DNA from: an uncultured Akkermansia sp.
GTDB taxonomy: Bacteria; Verrucomicrobiota; Verrucomicrobiia; Limisphaerales; UBA9464
Assembly: GCA_964386625.1 (NCBI GenBank)
Contig: CAYLTF010000001.1
Location: forward strand, 1 to 61,058
Reading direction: 5' to 3'
Length of the DNA stretch: 61,058 nt
Position 1 is the first letter of the stretch. Each line of letters starts with the position of its first letter. Of this stretch, positions 47,382-56,720 are shown piece by piece. The notes under the pieces were generated by a model. It was not told the DNA's origin, did not search any database, and saw nothing but the letters and a program-made list of their open reading frames with translations. The position numbers were made by a program, and so were the translations under genes.

Positions 47382-48728
47382 ATGCTCACCCTCAAAGGAC
47401 CCTCCAGCCGTTTTTGTGACGGGGTTTCCCGACGGAGCTTCCTCCGCATCGGTGGCCTGGGCCTGGGGGCCTTGGGGGGCTTGAGCCTCCCGCAGCTGCT
47501 TCGGGCCGAGGCCGCCTCCGGACTCCGCTCCAACCACAAGGCGGTCATCATGGTGTACCTTCCCGGTGGACCGCCCCACCAGGACACCTTCGATCTGAAG
47601 ATGGACGCTCCGGCGGAGATCCGGGGCGAATTCCGTCCGATCCCGACCACCGTCCCCGGTTTCCAGGTCTGCGAGCACCTGCCGCTCCTGGCCAAGCAGG
47701 CCCAGCGCTATGCCGTGATCCGGTCGATCAGCGACGCCATCGACGATCATTCCGACTTCATGTGCCTGACCGGCCGTCGGAAGGCCAGCCAGCCTCCCGG
47801 GGGATGGCCCACCTTCGGTGCCACCGTCTCACGGGTCCTGGGGGCGGCCAGCGATGCGGTGCCGGCCTTCGTGGGACTCGAACCGCGGATGCAGCACCGG
47901 CCCTACAACGCGGCCAACGCGGGCTATGCCGGGGTCTCGCATGACGCCTTCCGTCCGGCCGCCGACGCCAAGTCGGACATGGTCCTCAACGGCATCACCA
48001 CCGACCGCCTGGCCGACCGGCGTGCGCTGCTGGCCTCGTTCGACCGATTCCGGCGGGAGGTCGATGCCAGCGGGCTCATGTCCGGGGTCGATGGTTTCAA
48101 CCAGCAGGCCTTCGGCATGCTGACCTCGAGCCGGTTGCTCGAGGCCTTGAATGTCGAGAAGGAGCCCGCCGCCGTGCGGGAACGCTACGGCAAGGGCGAT
48201 GCCAAGGTGCATGGTGATGCGGCCCCGATGCTCAACGAGCAGTTCCTGGTCGCCCGTCGACTGGTCGAGGCCGGGGCCCGCTTCGTGACCGTGGCCTACG
48301 GTTTCTGGGATTATCACGGCAACAATTTCGGCAATGCCCGCAATGATCTTCCGCTGCTGGATCAGGGCTTGAGCGCCCTGATCGCCGACCTGCATGACCG
48401 GGGCCTCCAGAACGACGTGAGCGTCATCGCCTGGGGCGAGTTCGGCCGTTCGCCCACGATCAACAAGGACGGCGGTCGCGATCACTGGCCCCGCGCCAAC
48501 TGCGCGCTCTTGGCCGGTGGCGGCATGAAGGTGGGGCAGGTCATCGGGGCCACCGACCGTCTGGGGGGCGAACCCAGCGAGCGCCCTGTCCAGTTCGGCG
48601 AGGTCTTCGCCACGCTCTACCAGAACCTGGGGATCGACGTGAACAAGGTCACCTTGCCCGACCTGACCGGCCGTCCCCAGTTCCTGGTGCCTGAGGGGTG
48701 CCAACCGATGCGCGAGTTGGTGGGTTGA
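47382..48728 (+). CDS. DUF1501 domain protein, copy 2 (tandem paralog)
   Basis: Collinear with copy 1 over its whole length. By eye, roughly two thirds of residues are identical, and there are long identical blocks such as DMVLNGIT.DRLADRRALLAS, EQFLVARRLVEAGAR, LPLLDQGLSALI and TINKDGGRDHWPR. Confidence 0.9.
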   Translation: MLTLKGPSSRFCDGVSRRSFLRIGGLGLGALGGLSLPQLLRAEAASGLRSNHKAVIMVYLPGGPPHQDTFDLKMDAPAEIRGEFRPIPTTVPGFQVCEHLPLLAKQAQRYAVIRSISDAIDDHSDFMCLTGRRKASQPPGGWPTFGATVSRVLGAASDAVPAFVGLEPRMQHRPYNAANAGYAGVSHDAFRPAADAKSDMVLNGITTDRLADRRALLASFDRFRREVDASGLMSGVDGFNQQAFGMLTSSRLLEALNVEKEPAAVRERYGKGDAKVHGDAAPMLNEQFLVARRLVEAGARFVTVAYGFWDYHGNNFGNARNDLPLLDQGLSALIADLHDRGLQNDVSVIAWGEFGRSPTINKDGGRDHWPRANCALLAGGGMKVGQVIGATDRLGGEPSERPVQFGEVFATLYQNLGIDVNKVTLPDLTGRPQFLVPEGCQPMRELVG

Positions 48729-48747
48729 AACCGGGTTGAAGGAAACG

Positions 48748-51321
48748 ATGCCTATGTCCTCTTCACAGCATTCCACGCAATCACCCGGTGCGACCCTGGG
48801 TGTGACGTCCGCACTCACCGGCGGCACCTCGGGCAAGGCTCGGGCGCTTGCGTTGGCCGGGGTTTTGGCCACCGCATTGGCCGGGTTCTGCGGGGTCTCG
48901 GCTGCGACCCTCGAGATCCATTACCGGAATGGGGCTGGCGAGCTGGTCCTCGATTCCCAGGATGCCCGCCAACAGTTGCTGGCGACCGTCGATGGCCACC
49001 GGGATGTGACCCGCGAGGTGAGTTGGTCTTCGGAGCCTGCCGGGGTGGTGCGGCTCGATGCGTCCGGACGGGTCATTCCCGTGGCCGATGGTTCCGCGGT
49101 GATCTCGGCCAAGGGCCGTGACGGCGCGACGGCGAGATTGCCCGTCCGGGTGGTGCATGCGGGGCAGCCCGCGCCGCTGCACTTCGCCAATCAGATCGTC
49201 CCCATCTTCACCAAGAACGGCTGCAATGGCGGAGGCTGCCACGGCAAGGCCGCGGGTCAGAACGGTTTTCGACTCTCGCTCCTCGGGTTCGAGCCCGACG
49301 AGGATTACGAGCACCTGGTTCGCGAGGCCCGGGGGCGGCGGTTGTTCCCGGCGGATCCGCCTCGCAGCCTCCTGGTGACCAAGGGAACGGCGGAGATGCC
49401 GCATGGCGGGGGCAAGCGCCTGGAGATCGGTTCCGACGATTACCGTCGACTGGTGCGCTGGATTTCCCAGGGGATGCCGGTGGGCAAGACCAACGCGCCG
49501 ACCGTCCAACGGGTGGAAGTGTTCCCCTCGGCCCGGACGCTGGCGCTCAATGGCGAACAGCAGTTGGTGGTGACGGCGCATTACACCGACGGATCCACCG
49601 AAGACGTCACCCGCAGTTCTCTCTTCGAGCCCAACGACAAGGACATGGCCTCGGCCGATGCCAATGGTCTGATCAAGATCTTCAATCAGCCGGGAGAGTT
49701 CGCGGTGATGGTCCGCTACCAGGGGCAGGTCGCGACCTTCCGGGCGACCATTCCGCTGGGGGCCCCCGTGGACCGGTTGCCGCCGGCCAAGAACTTCGTC
49801 GATGAGCTGGTCTTCAAGCAGCTCAAGCAGGTCGGGATGCCGCCCAGCGAGGTCTCCGACAAGTCGACGTTCCTGCGCCGGGTCACGCTCGACATCGCCG
49901 GTCGACTTCCCAGTCCCGAAGAGGTCCGAGCCTTCGAGGCCGACACGGCTCCGGGCGACCGGGATCGCGTGATCGATCGACTGGTGGCCTCGACCGACTA
50001 CGCCGACTACTTCGCCGGCAAATGGGCGGCGCTGCTCCGCAACAAGCGCACCGAGCCGAAGCAGGCCCGGGGCACCATCGCCTTCCATGCCTGGGTGCGG
50101 GACAGTCTGGCCGTCAACAAGCCCTACGACCGGTTCGTCCGCGACCTGCTGACCGCCTCGGGCGAGGTCTCGGAGAATCCGCCCGTGGCCTGGTACCGGC
50201 AGGTGCGGACCGTCCAGACCCAGCTCGAGGATGTCTCGCAGTTGTTCCTCGGCCAGCGGATGCAGTGCGCCCAGTGCCACCATCATCCGTATGAGAAGTG
50301 GAGCCAGGCCGATTACTGGAGTTTCGGTGCCGCGTTTTCCCAGGTCGGCTACAAGCCCGGGGCCCAGCCCGGGGAGGAGATCGTCGTGCACCGCCGGGGC
50401 GAGGCCAAGGCGACCAACAAGAAGAACGGTCAGGCCGTGAAGCCGGCGGCGTTGGGCCAGTCCGCCTTCGAGCTGGAGGTCGATGACGATCCCCGGGTGT
50501 TCCTGGCCGACTGGATGACCTCCCCGAAGAACCCCTGGTTCGCCAAAGCGCTGGTCAACCGCTACTGGAAGCATTTCTTCGGGCGTGGCCTCGTCGATCC
50601 CGAAGACGACATGCGCGACACCAATCCCCCGAGCAATCCCGAGCTGCTCGATGCCTTGGCGGCGCACTTCGTTGCCAGCGGTTTCGACCTCAAGGACCTG
50701 GTGCGGACCCTGGCCCGCAGCACCACCTACCAGTTGAGCGCGATCCCCAACGCCCACAACGCCAAGGATCGCCATCACTTCTCGAGGTTCTACCCCCGCC
50801 GCCTCCCTGCCGAGGTGCTGCTCGACTCGGTCAACACGCTCACCGGCGGACGCAGCCAGTTCGAGGGCTTGCCCGCCGGCACCCGGGCCGTCTGCCTCCC
50901 GGACAACAGCTTCAATGCCCAGAGCTACTTCCTGACGGTGTTCGGTCGGCCCGAGGGCAGCAGCGCCTGCGAGTGCGAGCGGAGCATGGAGGCCTCGCTC
51001 AGCCAGAGTCTTCACCTGCTCAATTCCAAGGACATCCAGGCACGCCTCAGCGCCGACGACGCGCGTCCGGCCCGGATCCATTCCGACTCCCGGCCCGACT
51101 CGGTGAAGCTGGCCGAGCTGTATCAGTTGGCCTACTCGCGCCCGCCGTCGGCGGATGAGGTGCGGCAGGCCTCGGAGTACCTGGCACGCAAGGCGGCGGC
51201 TTCCAAGCCGGGCAAGGATGCGGCCGAGACCGAGACCCTGAAGGCCAAGGCCCGCCGCGAGGCCTGGGAAGACCTCACCTGGGCGCTCCTCAACACCAAG
51301 GAGTTCCTCTTCAACCACTGA
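48748..51321 (+). CDS. Big_2-like Ig domain, DUF1549 and DUF1553 protein
   Basis: Signal/anchor, then an Ig-like domain (VTREVSWSSEPAGVVRLDASGRVIPVADGSAVISA), then a GCNGGGCHG motif. The DUF1549 block reads FVDELVFKQLKQVGMPPSEVSDKSTFLRRVTLDIAGRLPSPEEV. QCAQCHHHPYEKW follows. The DUF1553-type C-terminus reads CECERS...SQSLHLLN. ATG 48748 (preceded by aagga) is preferred over TTG 48736. Confidence 0.85.
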   Translation: MPMSSSQHSTQSPGATLGVTSALTGGTSGKARALALAGVLATALAGFCGVSAATLEIHYRNGAGELVLDSQDARQQLLATVDGHRDVTREVSWSSEPAGVVRLDASGRVIPVADGSAVISAKGRDGATARLPVRVVHAGQPAPLHFANQIVPIFTKNGCNGGGCHGKAAGQNGFRLSLLGFEPDEDYEHLVREARGRRLFPADPPRSLLVTKGTAEMPHGGGKRLEIGSDDYRRLVRWISQGMPVGKTNAPTVQRVEVFPSARTLALNGEQQLVVTAHYTDGSTEDVTRSSLFEPNDKDMASADANGLIKIFNQPGEFAVMVRYQGQVATFRATIPLGAPVDRLPPAKNFVDELVFKQLKQVGMPPSEVSDKSTFLRRVTLDIAGRLPSPEEVRAFEADTAPGDRDRVIDRLVASTDYADYFAGKWAALLRNKRTEPKQARGTIAFHAWVRDSLAVNKPYDRFVRDLLTASGEVSENPPVAWYRQVRTVQTQLEDVSQLFLGQRMQCAQCHHHPYEKWSQADYWSFGAAFSQVGYKPGAQPGEEIVVHRRGEAKATNKKNGQAVKPAALGQSAFELEVDDDPRVFLADWMTSPKNPWFAKALVNRYWKHFFGRGLVDPEDDMRDTNPPSNPELLDALAAHFVASGFDLKDLVRTLARSTTYQLSAIPNAHNAKDRHHFSRFYPRRLPAEVLLDSVNTLTGGRSQFEGLPAGTRAVCLPDNSFNAQSYFLTVFGRPEGSSACECERSMEASLSQSLHLLNSKDIQARLSADDARPARIHSDSRPDSVKLAELYQLAYSRPPSADEVRQASEYLARKAAASKPGKDAAETETLKAKARREAWEDLTWALLNTKEFLFNH

Positions 51322-51324
51322 CGC

Positions 51325-53697
51325 ATGCCGCCCGATTCCTGGGTCCTTCGGATCGCCCTCGGATGGGTCATGGTCGCGACGGCCTGTGCCCAGTTGCCCA
51401 TGGCCCGCCTGATGTCGGTGTTCCCGCCGGGCGGCGCATCCGGTTCCTCGGTCGAGGTGACGGTGGGCGGCTCCGACCTCGACGAGGCGGTCGGCCTCGT
51501 GTTTTCCGATCCGCGCGTTTCCGGTGCGCCCATCCCGGGTGCCACCGACCGCTTCCGGGTCGCCTTGCCGCCCGGACTGCCCGAGGGCCTGATCGATGTG
51601 CGCGTGCTCGGGCGCTACGGCGTCTCCAACCCGAGGGCGTTCTCGGTCGGGCCGGCGATGCCTGAACTCGCATGGAAGCAGTCGCCGTCGTCCCCGGCGC
51701 AGGCCTTCGATCTTCCCCTTGAGACCCTCGTGCAGGGGCGTTTGGGGGCGCAGGAGGTTCTCTGGTTCCGCTTCCAGGGCGAGGCGGGCCAGGCTCTCGG
51801 AGCCCGCGTCGAGGCCCGTGACCTCGACTCCCGCCTCGTGCCCGATCTCGCGCTCACCGACGCGTCCGGCAACGAACTGGCCCGGGTGCGCCGGCGCGAG
51901 TGGTTCGATTTCCGGCTGCCCGCCCGGGGTACCTATCTGCTGCGTCTGAACGACTCGCTCTACCAGGGCGGCGATACCCATGGATTCCGCCTGCGGATCA
52001 CCGCCCGCCCGCGCGTGGCCTTCGCGGTGCCGACGGTGTTGCAAGCGGGTCGTCCTCAGAAGGTGACCCTTTACGGCCGCAGACTGCCTGGCGGCGCCCC
52101 CTCGACGGTGCTCGGCCCCGACGGAGAGGCCTGGGAGCAGCGCGAACTGGAGATCGTCGCACCGGGCGAACCCGACCCCTCGTCGGCCTCCGTGGTGCCC
52201 CTTGCCGCACCGGCGTCCACACCGCTGGCGTCGAGTGCCTGGTTGTGGCGCGGTTCCGTCGCTTCGGAGTCGCAGCCGGCGGTCGCACCCCTCGAGCCCG
52301 TGGCTTGGGCGCTGTCCTCGTTGCCGGTGATCGCGGCCGCTCCCACAGGCCTGGTCTCGGTGGTTCCTCCCTGCGAGTTCTCGAGCCTGTTCCCGCTTCG
52401 GGGGCGCGCCAGCGGGGTCGTTTTCGAGGCGAAGGCCGGCGAGGTCTTCTGGGTCGAATTGACCTCCGAGCGCTGGGGCTTTCCGGTCGACCCCATGGCG
52501 GTGGTCCAACGGGCCAAGCAGGGCGGGTCTCCGGGCGATTCCGTGGCCTGGGTCGACGTCCTGGAGTTGGGGGACACCGATCAGAATCTCGGCGACCGGG
52601 AGTTCCGCACCGTGCATCGGGACGCTGCGGCCCGTTGGAAGGTCGCCGATGATGGGCGTTATCGCATCGTGGTCCGCGACGGCTTCCGGCGCGGGGACGG
52701 CCAGGCCCAGTTCCCGTACCGGCTGAGCCTCCGACGTGAGTCCCCGGATTTCCAGTTGGCGGTCTTCCCGATGCCACCGCCCCGGGCGGGCGAGGATCGC
52801 AGCATCGCGGTGGTTCCACCGGCGCTGCGGCGCGACCAGACCGTCGCGTTTCGGGTGGTCGCCTTCCGGCAGGACGGTTTCGACGGAGACATCGAACTGG
52901 GTGCGACCGACCTGCCGACCGGAGTGAGTGCTTCCACCACGCGCATCGCCGCCGGGCAGAACACCGGTGTGATCCTGCTGAGCGCCGACTCCCGGGCCAC
53001 GGGCGCCGCCCCGTGGCGGGTGACGGGCAAGGCGACCCTCGGATCCGGGACGCTGACCCGCACCGCTTCGCCAGCCTCGGTGATCTGGCCTGTCGCCGAC
53101 TACAACAATGAGAATCCGGTGGTGCGTCGTTCCCGCGGTGCCTCGCTGGCCGTGGTGACCCAGGAGTCGGCCCCGGTGACACTCCGAGTGGGAACCGTCG
53201 CGCCCTCGGCCGACGGGAGCGTCTTCAAGCTCCCGCTGCACCTCGAGCGGCGGGGCGAATTCCAAGGGGCTTTCAACCTCAAGGCCGGGGGCCATGCCGC
53301 CCTCGAGAAGGCCAAGGAAATCAACGTCCCCGAGAAGGTCACGAATCTGGTGGTGGAGTTGTCGCTGGGGGAGGCGCGCCTGCCCGTGGGAGCCCACACG
53401 CTCTGGTTGCAGGGCAGCGTGGCCGGCAAGTACCGGCAGGCGCTCGAAACCCTGGCGTCCGCCGAGGCCGGTCTGAAGGCGGCCGAGCAGGCCCTGGCTT
53501 CGGCCGGAGCGGGAGACAAGACCGCGGCCGAGGCTCGGAAGAAAGAGGCCGAAGCCCGCAAGAAAGCTGCCGAGGAGAAGGCCAAACCTCGGGATGTCAC
53601 CGTCGTCGTCTGGTCCGAGCCTTTCACCGTCACGGTCGGTGCGACCAACGCCCCGGGCACCCGTGGGGGATCCCCCGCGAAGGAGACCAAGCCATGA
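51325..53697 (+). CDS. Secreted multi-domain protein (pre-peptidase-C-terminal/Ig-like beta-sandwich repeats) with a Lys/Ala/Glu-rich C-terminal helix
   Basis: 790 aa with a signal peptide and high third-position GC. Repeated beta-rich modules are present (e.g. VEVTVGGSDLD...; WFRFQGEAGQALGARVEARDLDSRLVPDLALTD...GTYLLRLND resembles PPC domains). The C-terminus contains AEARKKEAEARKKAAEEKAKPRD. Domain naming is inference. Confidence 0.7.
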   Translation: MPPDSWVLRIALGWVMVATACAQLPMARLMSVFPPGGASGSSVEVTVGGSDLDEAVGLVFSDPRVSGAPIPGATDRFRVALPPGLPEGLIDVRVLGRYGVSNPRAFSVGPAMPELAWKQSPSSPAQAFDLPLETLVQGRLGAQEVLWFRFQGEAGQALGARVEARDLDSRLVPDLALTDASGNELARVRRREWFDFRLPARGTYLLRLNDSLYQGGDTHGFRLRITARPRVAFAVPTVLQAGRPQKVTLYGRRLPGGAPSTVLGPDGEAWEQRELEIVAPGEPDPSSASVVPLAAPASTPLASSAWLWRGSVASESQPAVAPLEPVAWALSSLPVIAAAPTGLVSVVPPCEFSSLFPLRGRASGVVFEAKAGEVFWVELTSERWGFPVDPMAVVQRAKQGGSPGDSVAWVDVLELGDTDQNLGDREFRTVHRDAAARWKVADDGRYRIVVRDGFRRGDGQAQFPYRLSLRRESPDFQLAVFPMPPPRAGEDRSIAVVPPALRRDQTVAFRVVAFRQDGFDGDIELGATDLPTGVSASTTRIAAGQNTGVILLSADSRATGAAPWRVTGKATLGSGTLTRTASPASVIWPVADYNNENPVVRRSRGASLAVVTQESAPVTLRVGTVAPSADGSVFKLPLHLERRGEFQGAFNLKAGGHAALEKAKEINVPEKVTNLVVELSLGEARLPVGAHTLWLQGSVAGKYRQALETLASAEAGLKAAEQALASAGAGDKTAAEARKKEAEARKKAAEEKAKPRDVTVVVWSEPFTVTVGATNAPGTRGGSPAKETKP

Positions 53698-56600
53698 TGT
53701 GCCGAATTGTTTCATCCCGTCGCCCGGTTTGCTTCCCATGGGTACGGACCCTCGGGTTTGCCGCGGCGTTTTTCGCGATCTCCGGCGGGTCTTTCACTGC
53801 TCTCGCGGCCGTCACCCCATTGGCCATTGACCGCCAGGCGACCGGCGCTCCGCAGACGGTGGGTTTCCAGAAGGACATCCTCCCGATGTTCCAGGCCAAC
53901 TGCCTCCCTTGCCACAACCAGACCCGGGCCAAGGCCGGCCTGAACCTGGAGACGCCGGCGACCCTCCTCCGCGGGGGCGATACCGGGCCCGGCGCGGTCG
54001 CCGGAAAACCGGCGGAGAGTCTCGTCCTCAAATCCGCCGCGCATCAGGTGGAAGACCTGGTCATGCCGCCGGCGGGCAACAAGTCCAATGCCCGCAACCT
54101 GACCCCCCAGGAACTCGGCCTGCTCTGGCGCTGGATCGAGCAGGGAGCCAAGGCCGATCAGGCCGTCGTGGTGGAGCCCGCCTGGAAACCCATCTCCCCG
54201 GACTGGAAATCCTGCTTCGCCGTGGCTCTCGACTCGGAGGGTGGCACCGTGGCCGTCGCACGGGCCAACCGTGTCAGCGTGCTCGAGTTGGCCACGGGCC
54301 GTACGCTGGGTCGGCTCGAAGACCCCGCGCTCGACGGAGCCACCCAGCGGGATGTGGTCGGGGCCCTGGCGTTCAGCCCCGATGACCAGTGGTTGGCGAC
54401 CGCGGGGTTCCGCGAGGTGCGCCTTTGGCAGCGCCGGCCGGTGACGGTCGAGCCGGTGCTTTCCATTCCGCCCAAGGCGGCCTGGGTGGCCGCGGCCTTT
54501 TCGCCGGACGGCTCGGTATTGGCCTCCGTGACCGCCTCGGGACAGCTCGAGATCCGATCGAATCCGCTGGCCCGGTTGCAGGGGGCTTGGGCCTTGAAGC
54601 TCGCCTCTCCGGCCGGTTCGGCTCCGGTTGTCCGTTTCCTCTGGTCCACGGACTCCCGTCGGCTGGCGGTCTCATCCGGTCGCGAGTGGTGGAACGTCTC
54701 GACGACCGATCCCCGGTTCTCGCTGGCCAAGGCCCCACCGCTGCCGGCGGAACCGACCGGAATGACCTGGGTGCCGGGTGACGACCACTGGTGCATCACC
54801 TACGGCACGAACCATCCACCCCAGCGGATGCGCAGCACGGGCGGTGGCGCCCGCGGCGAGGACTGGGTCCTGGAGCCTGCACCCGAAATCCCGGCGACCG
54901 CGAAGGTCTTGGCTGCGGATCCCTCGGTGCTCGGATCCGTCTGGGGCGCGGATGGGCAGGGGGCGGTCCAACGGTGGGGCAAGGCTGCGGCCGGTCCCCG
55001 GGAGCTTTCGTCGCCGGTGCGTGCGTTGCTCTGGGACCGCTCCGGATCCAACGGAGTCGCGGTCCTGAACGACGGCTCGGCCAAGGCGTTCTTCGGTGAT
55101 CGCGCGCCCACCCATGGTCCCCGCCTGGCGGGCGATCCACGACTCGCGGCGGATGCCGCCCGTGAGGAACTGGAACTGGCCCGGGCCCGACTCGAGTCCA
55201 CGTTGGCCGCCAACCGCATCCAGGAGGCCCTCGGAGCAGTGACCAATGCACAGTCCGCGCTGGGCAAGGCCCGCGAGAAACGCGACCAGGCCGGCAAGGC
55301 CCTGGCGGAGCGTCAGAAGGAATGGGCCGATCAGGAGGCCCTGGTCGCTTCGGCCACCCGAGATCGGGATGCCGCCGCCGCCGAATTGGCCAAGGCCCAG
55401 GCCGAGGCCAAATCCGCGGGCGAGGCGGTGCAGCAGGCCGCCGCCGTCGCCAAGTCCTCGCCCGAGGCCGCCTTGAAGGCCGTCGACGATCTCCTGGCCA
55501 AGTCCGAGGCGCTGGGGCGGCGCAAGTCCGCCCTCGAGCGCGCCGAGGCCGAGGTGACGCCCCGCCGCAAGAAGGCCGAGGAGCAGTTGGCTGCGGCGCA
55601 GAAGAAATCCGGGGAACTCAAGGGGCCGCTCGAGAAGGCCCGTGTGCTGGCCGAAGGCGCCGCCCAGGATGTCATCCTGTCGGAAAAGGCTGTCGCCGCG
55701 GCCACCGATGCGGTGGCTTCGGCCCAGGCCGAGGAACGCCAGGCCGCCGAACGGAGCGCCCGTTCCGAGGCCCGCCTTTCGGCCGCCCGTTCGGCGCGCG
55801 ACCGTTCCGCATCCCGCGCTTTCCGGGTCGCCGCGTTGTCCGCTTCCGGGGCATCCCTGCTGACGGTGGGGGAAGACGGCCTCTGGACCCGCTGGCATCC
55901 TGCCATCGGCCGGGCCGTCGAGACCTTCGCCGTGGGCGGGGGCGAACCCCTGGCACTCGTGGCCCTTGGAGACGACGAATTCCTCGCGGCCTTCCCCAAC
56001 GGCGTCAGCCGCATCCGGACGACCCGCCCCTGGTTCCTGCGGCAACGGATCGCGGGCACCGCGGCCGCGCCCGCCTTCGCCGACCGCATCAACGCCCTGG
56101 CCTTCAGCCCGGATGGCACGCTCCTGGCCACCGGCGGCGGCGAACCTTCACGCTCCGGGGAACTCAAGCTGTGGAAGCTGCCCGAAGGCACGCCGGCCCT
56201 GGACCTGGGTGCGCTCCACAGCGATGCGGTCACGGCCGTGGCCTTCTCGCCACGCGGCGACCGGTTGGCATCGGCGGGTGCCGACCGCTTCGCCCGCATC
56301 ACGGGCCTGCAGACCAACGCAGCGCGCTTCAACCTGGAGGGCCACACCCATCATGTGATCGGGGTGGCCTGGTCCCCGGATGGCGGCGTCCTTGCGACCG
56401 CCGGGGCCGAAGGCACCGTCAAGCTCTGGAATCCCCGGACGGGCGAACGGCGCAAGAATGTCGACGGCTTCGGCAAGGAGGTCACCGGGCTCCAGCCGGG
56501 GGGACAAGCCCTGCGGTTCGTGGCCATGAGCGGCACCGGCAAGGGACGAGTGTTCAAGGCCGATGGCGAGGCGGTCCGGGATCTGGCCTCCGTGCCCGAC

Positions 56601-56720
56601 TACCTCCAGGCCCTCGCGGTGAGCCGCGACGGCCGCCGGGTCGTGGGCGGCGATGACCGGGGCATCGTTCGTGTCTGGGATGCCGAGAGCGGTCAATTGC
56701 TCCAGAGCTGGGAGCCGTGA
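53694..56720 (+). CDS. Planctomycete-type cytochrome c (PSCyt1) domain, WD40 repeats, a long coiled coil, and a second WD40 propeller
   Basis: Signal peptide. FQKDILPMFQANCLPCHNQTRAKAGLNLET...LTPQELGLLWRWIEQGA is the PSCyt1 signature with CxxCH. WD40-like blades occur before and after an Ala/Glu/Lys/Arg-rich segment of about 230 aa. The C-terminal blades are clear (AFSPDGTLLATGG, AFSPRGDRLASAG, AWSPDGGVLATAG, VRVWDAESGQ). Its ATG overlaps the upstream TGA. Confidence 0.85.
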   Translation: MMCRIVSSRRPVCFPWVRTLGFAAAFFAISGGSFTALAAVTPLAIDRQATGAPQTVGFQKDILPMFQANCLPCHNQTRAKAGLNLETPATLLRGGDTGPGAVAGKPAESLVLKSAAHQVEDLVMPPAGNKSNARNLTPQELGLLWRWIEQGAKADQAVVVEPAWKPISPDWKSCFAVALDSEGGTVAVARANRVSVLELATGRTLGRLEDPALDGATQRDVVGALAFSPDDQWLATAGFREVRLWQRRPVTVEPVLSIPPKAAWVAAAFSPDGSVLASVTASGQLEIRSNPLARLQGAWALKLASPAGSAPVVRFLWSTDSRRLAVSSGREWWNVSTTDPRFSLAKAPPLPAEPTGMTWVPGDDHWCITYGTNHPPQRMRSTGGGARGEDWVLEPAPEIPATAKVLAADPSVLGSVWGADGQGAVQRWGKAAAGPRELSSPVRALLWDRSGSNGVAVLNDGSAKAFFGDRAPTHGPRLAGDPRLAADAAREELELARARLESTLAANRIQEALGAVTNAQSALGKAREKRDQAGKALAERQKEWADQEALVASATRDRDAAAAELAKAQAEAKSAGEAVQQAAAVAKSSPEAALKAVDDLLAKSEALGRRKSALERAEAEVTPRRKKAEEQLAAAQKKSGELKGPLEKARVLAEGAAQDVILSEKAVAAATDAVASAQAEERQAAERSARSEARLSAARSARDRSASRAFRVAALSASGASLLTVGEDGLWTRWHPAIGRAVETFAVGGGEPLALVALGDDEFLAAFPNGVSRIRTTRPWFLRQRIAGTAAAPAFADRINALAFSPDGTLLATGGGEPSRSGELKLWKLPEGTPALDLGALHSDAVTAVAFSPRGDRLASAGADRFARITGLQTNAARFNLEGHTHHVIGVAWSPDGGVLATAGAEGTVKLWNPRTGERRKNVDGFGKEVTGLQPGGQALRFVAMSGTGKGRVFKADGEAVRDLASVPDYLQALAVSRDGRRVVGGDDRGIVRVWDAESGQLLQSWEP

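Noticed and set aside
48781-53739. A 1652-aa ORF on the minus strand. Similar giant antisense ORFs lie at 1326..4025(+), 10347..13049(+), 20387..23182(-), 27040..29289(-), 29319..31847(-), 38759..41806(-) and 44402..47695(-).
   Set aside because: Each lies exactly antisense to a gene with clear family motifs. Their translations are dominated by Arg/Gly/Pro/His/Asp with no recognisable motifs. Stop codons are simply rare in the antisense frames of GC-rich, GC3-biased genes, so these are shadow ORFs.
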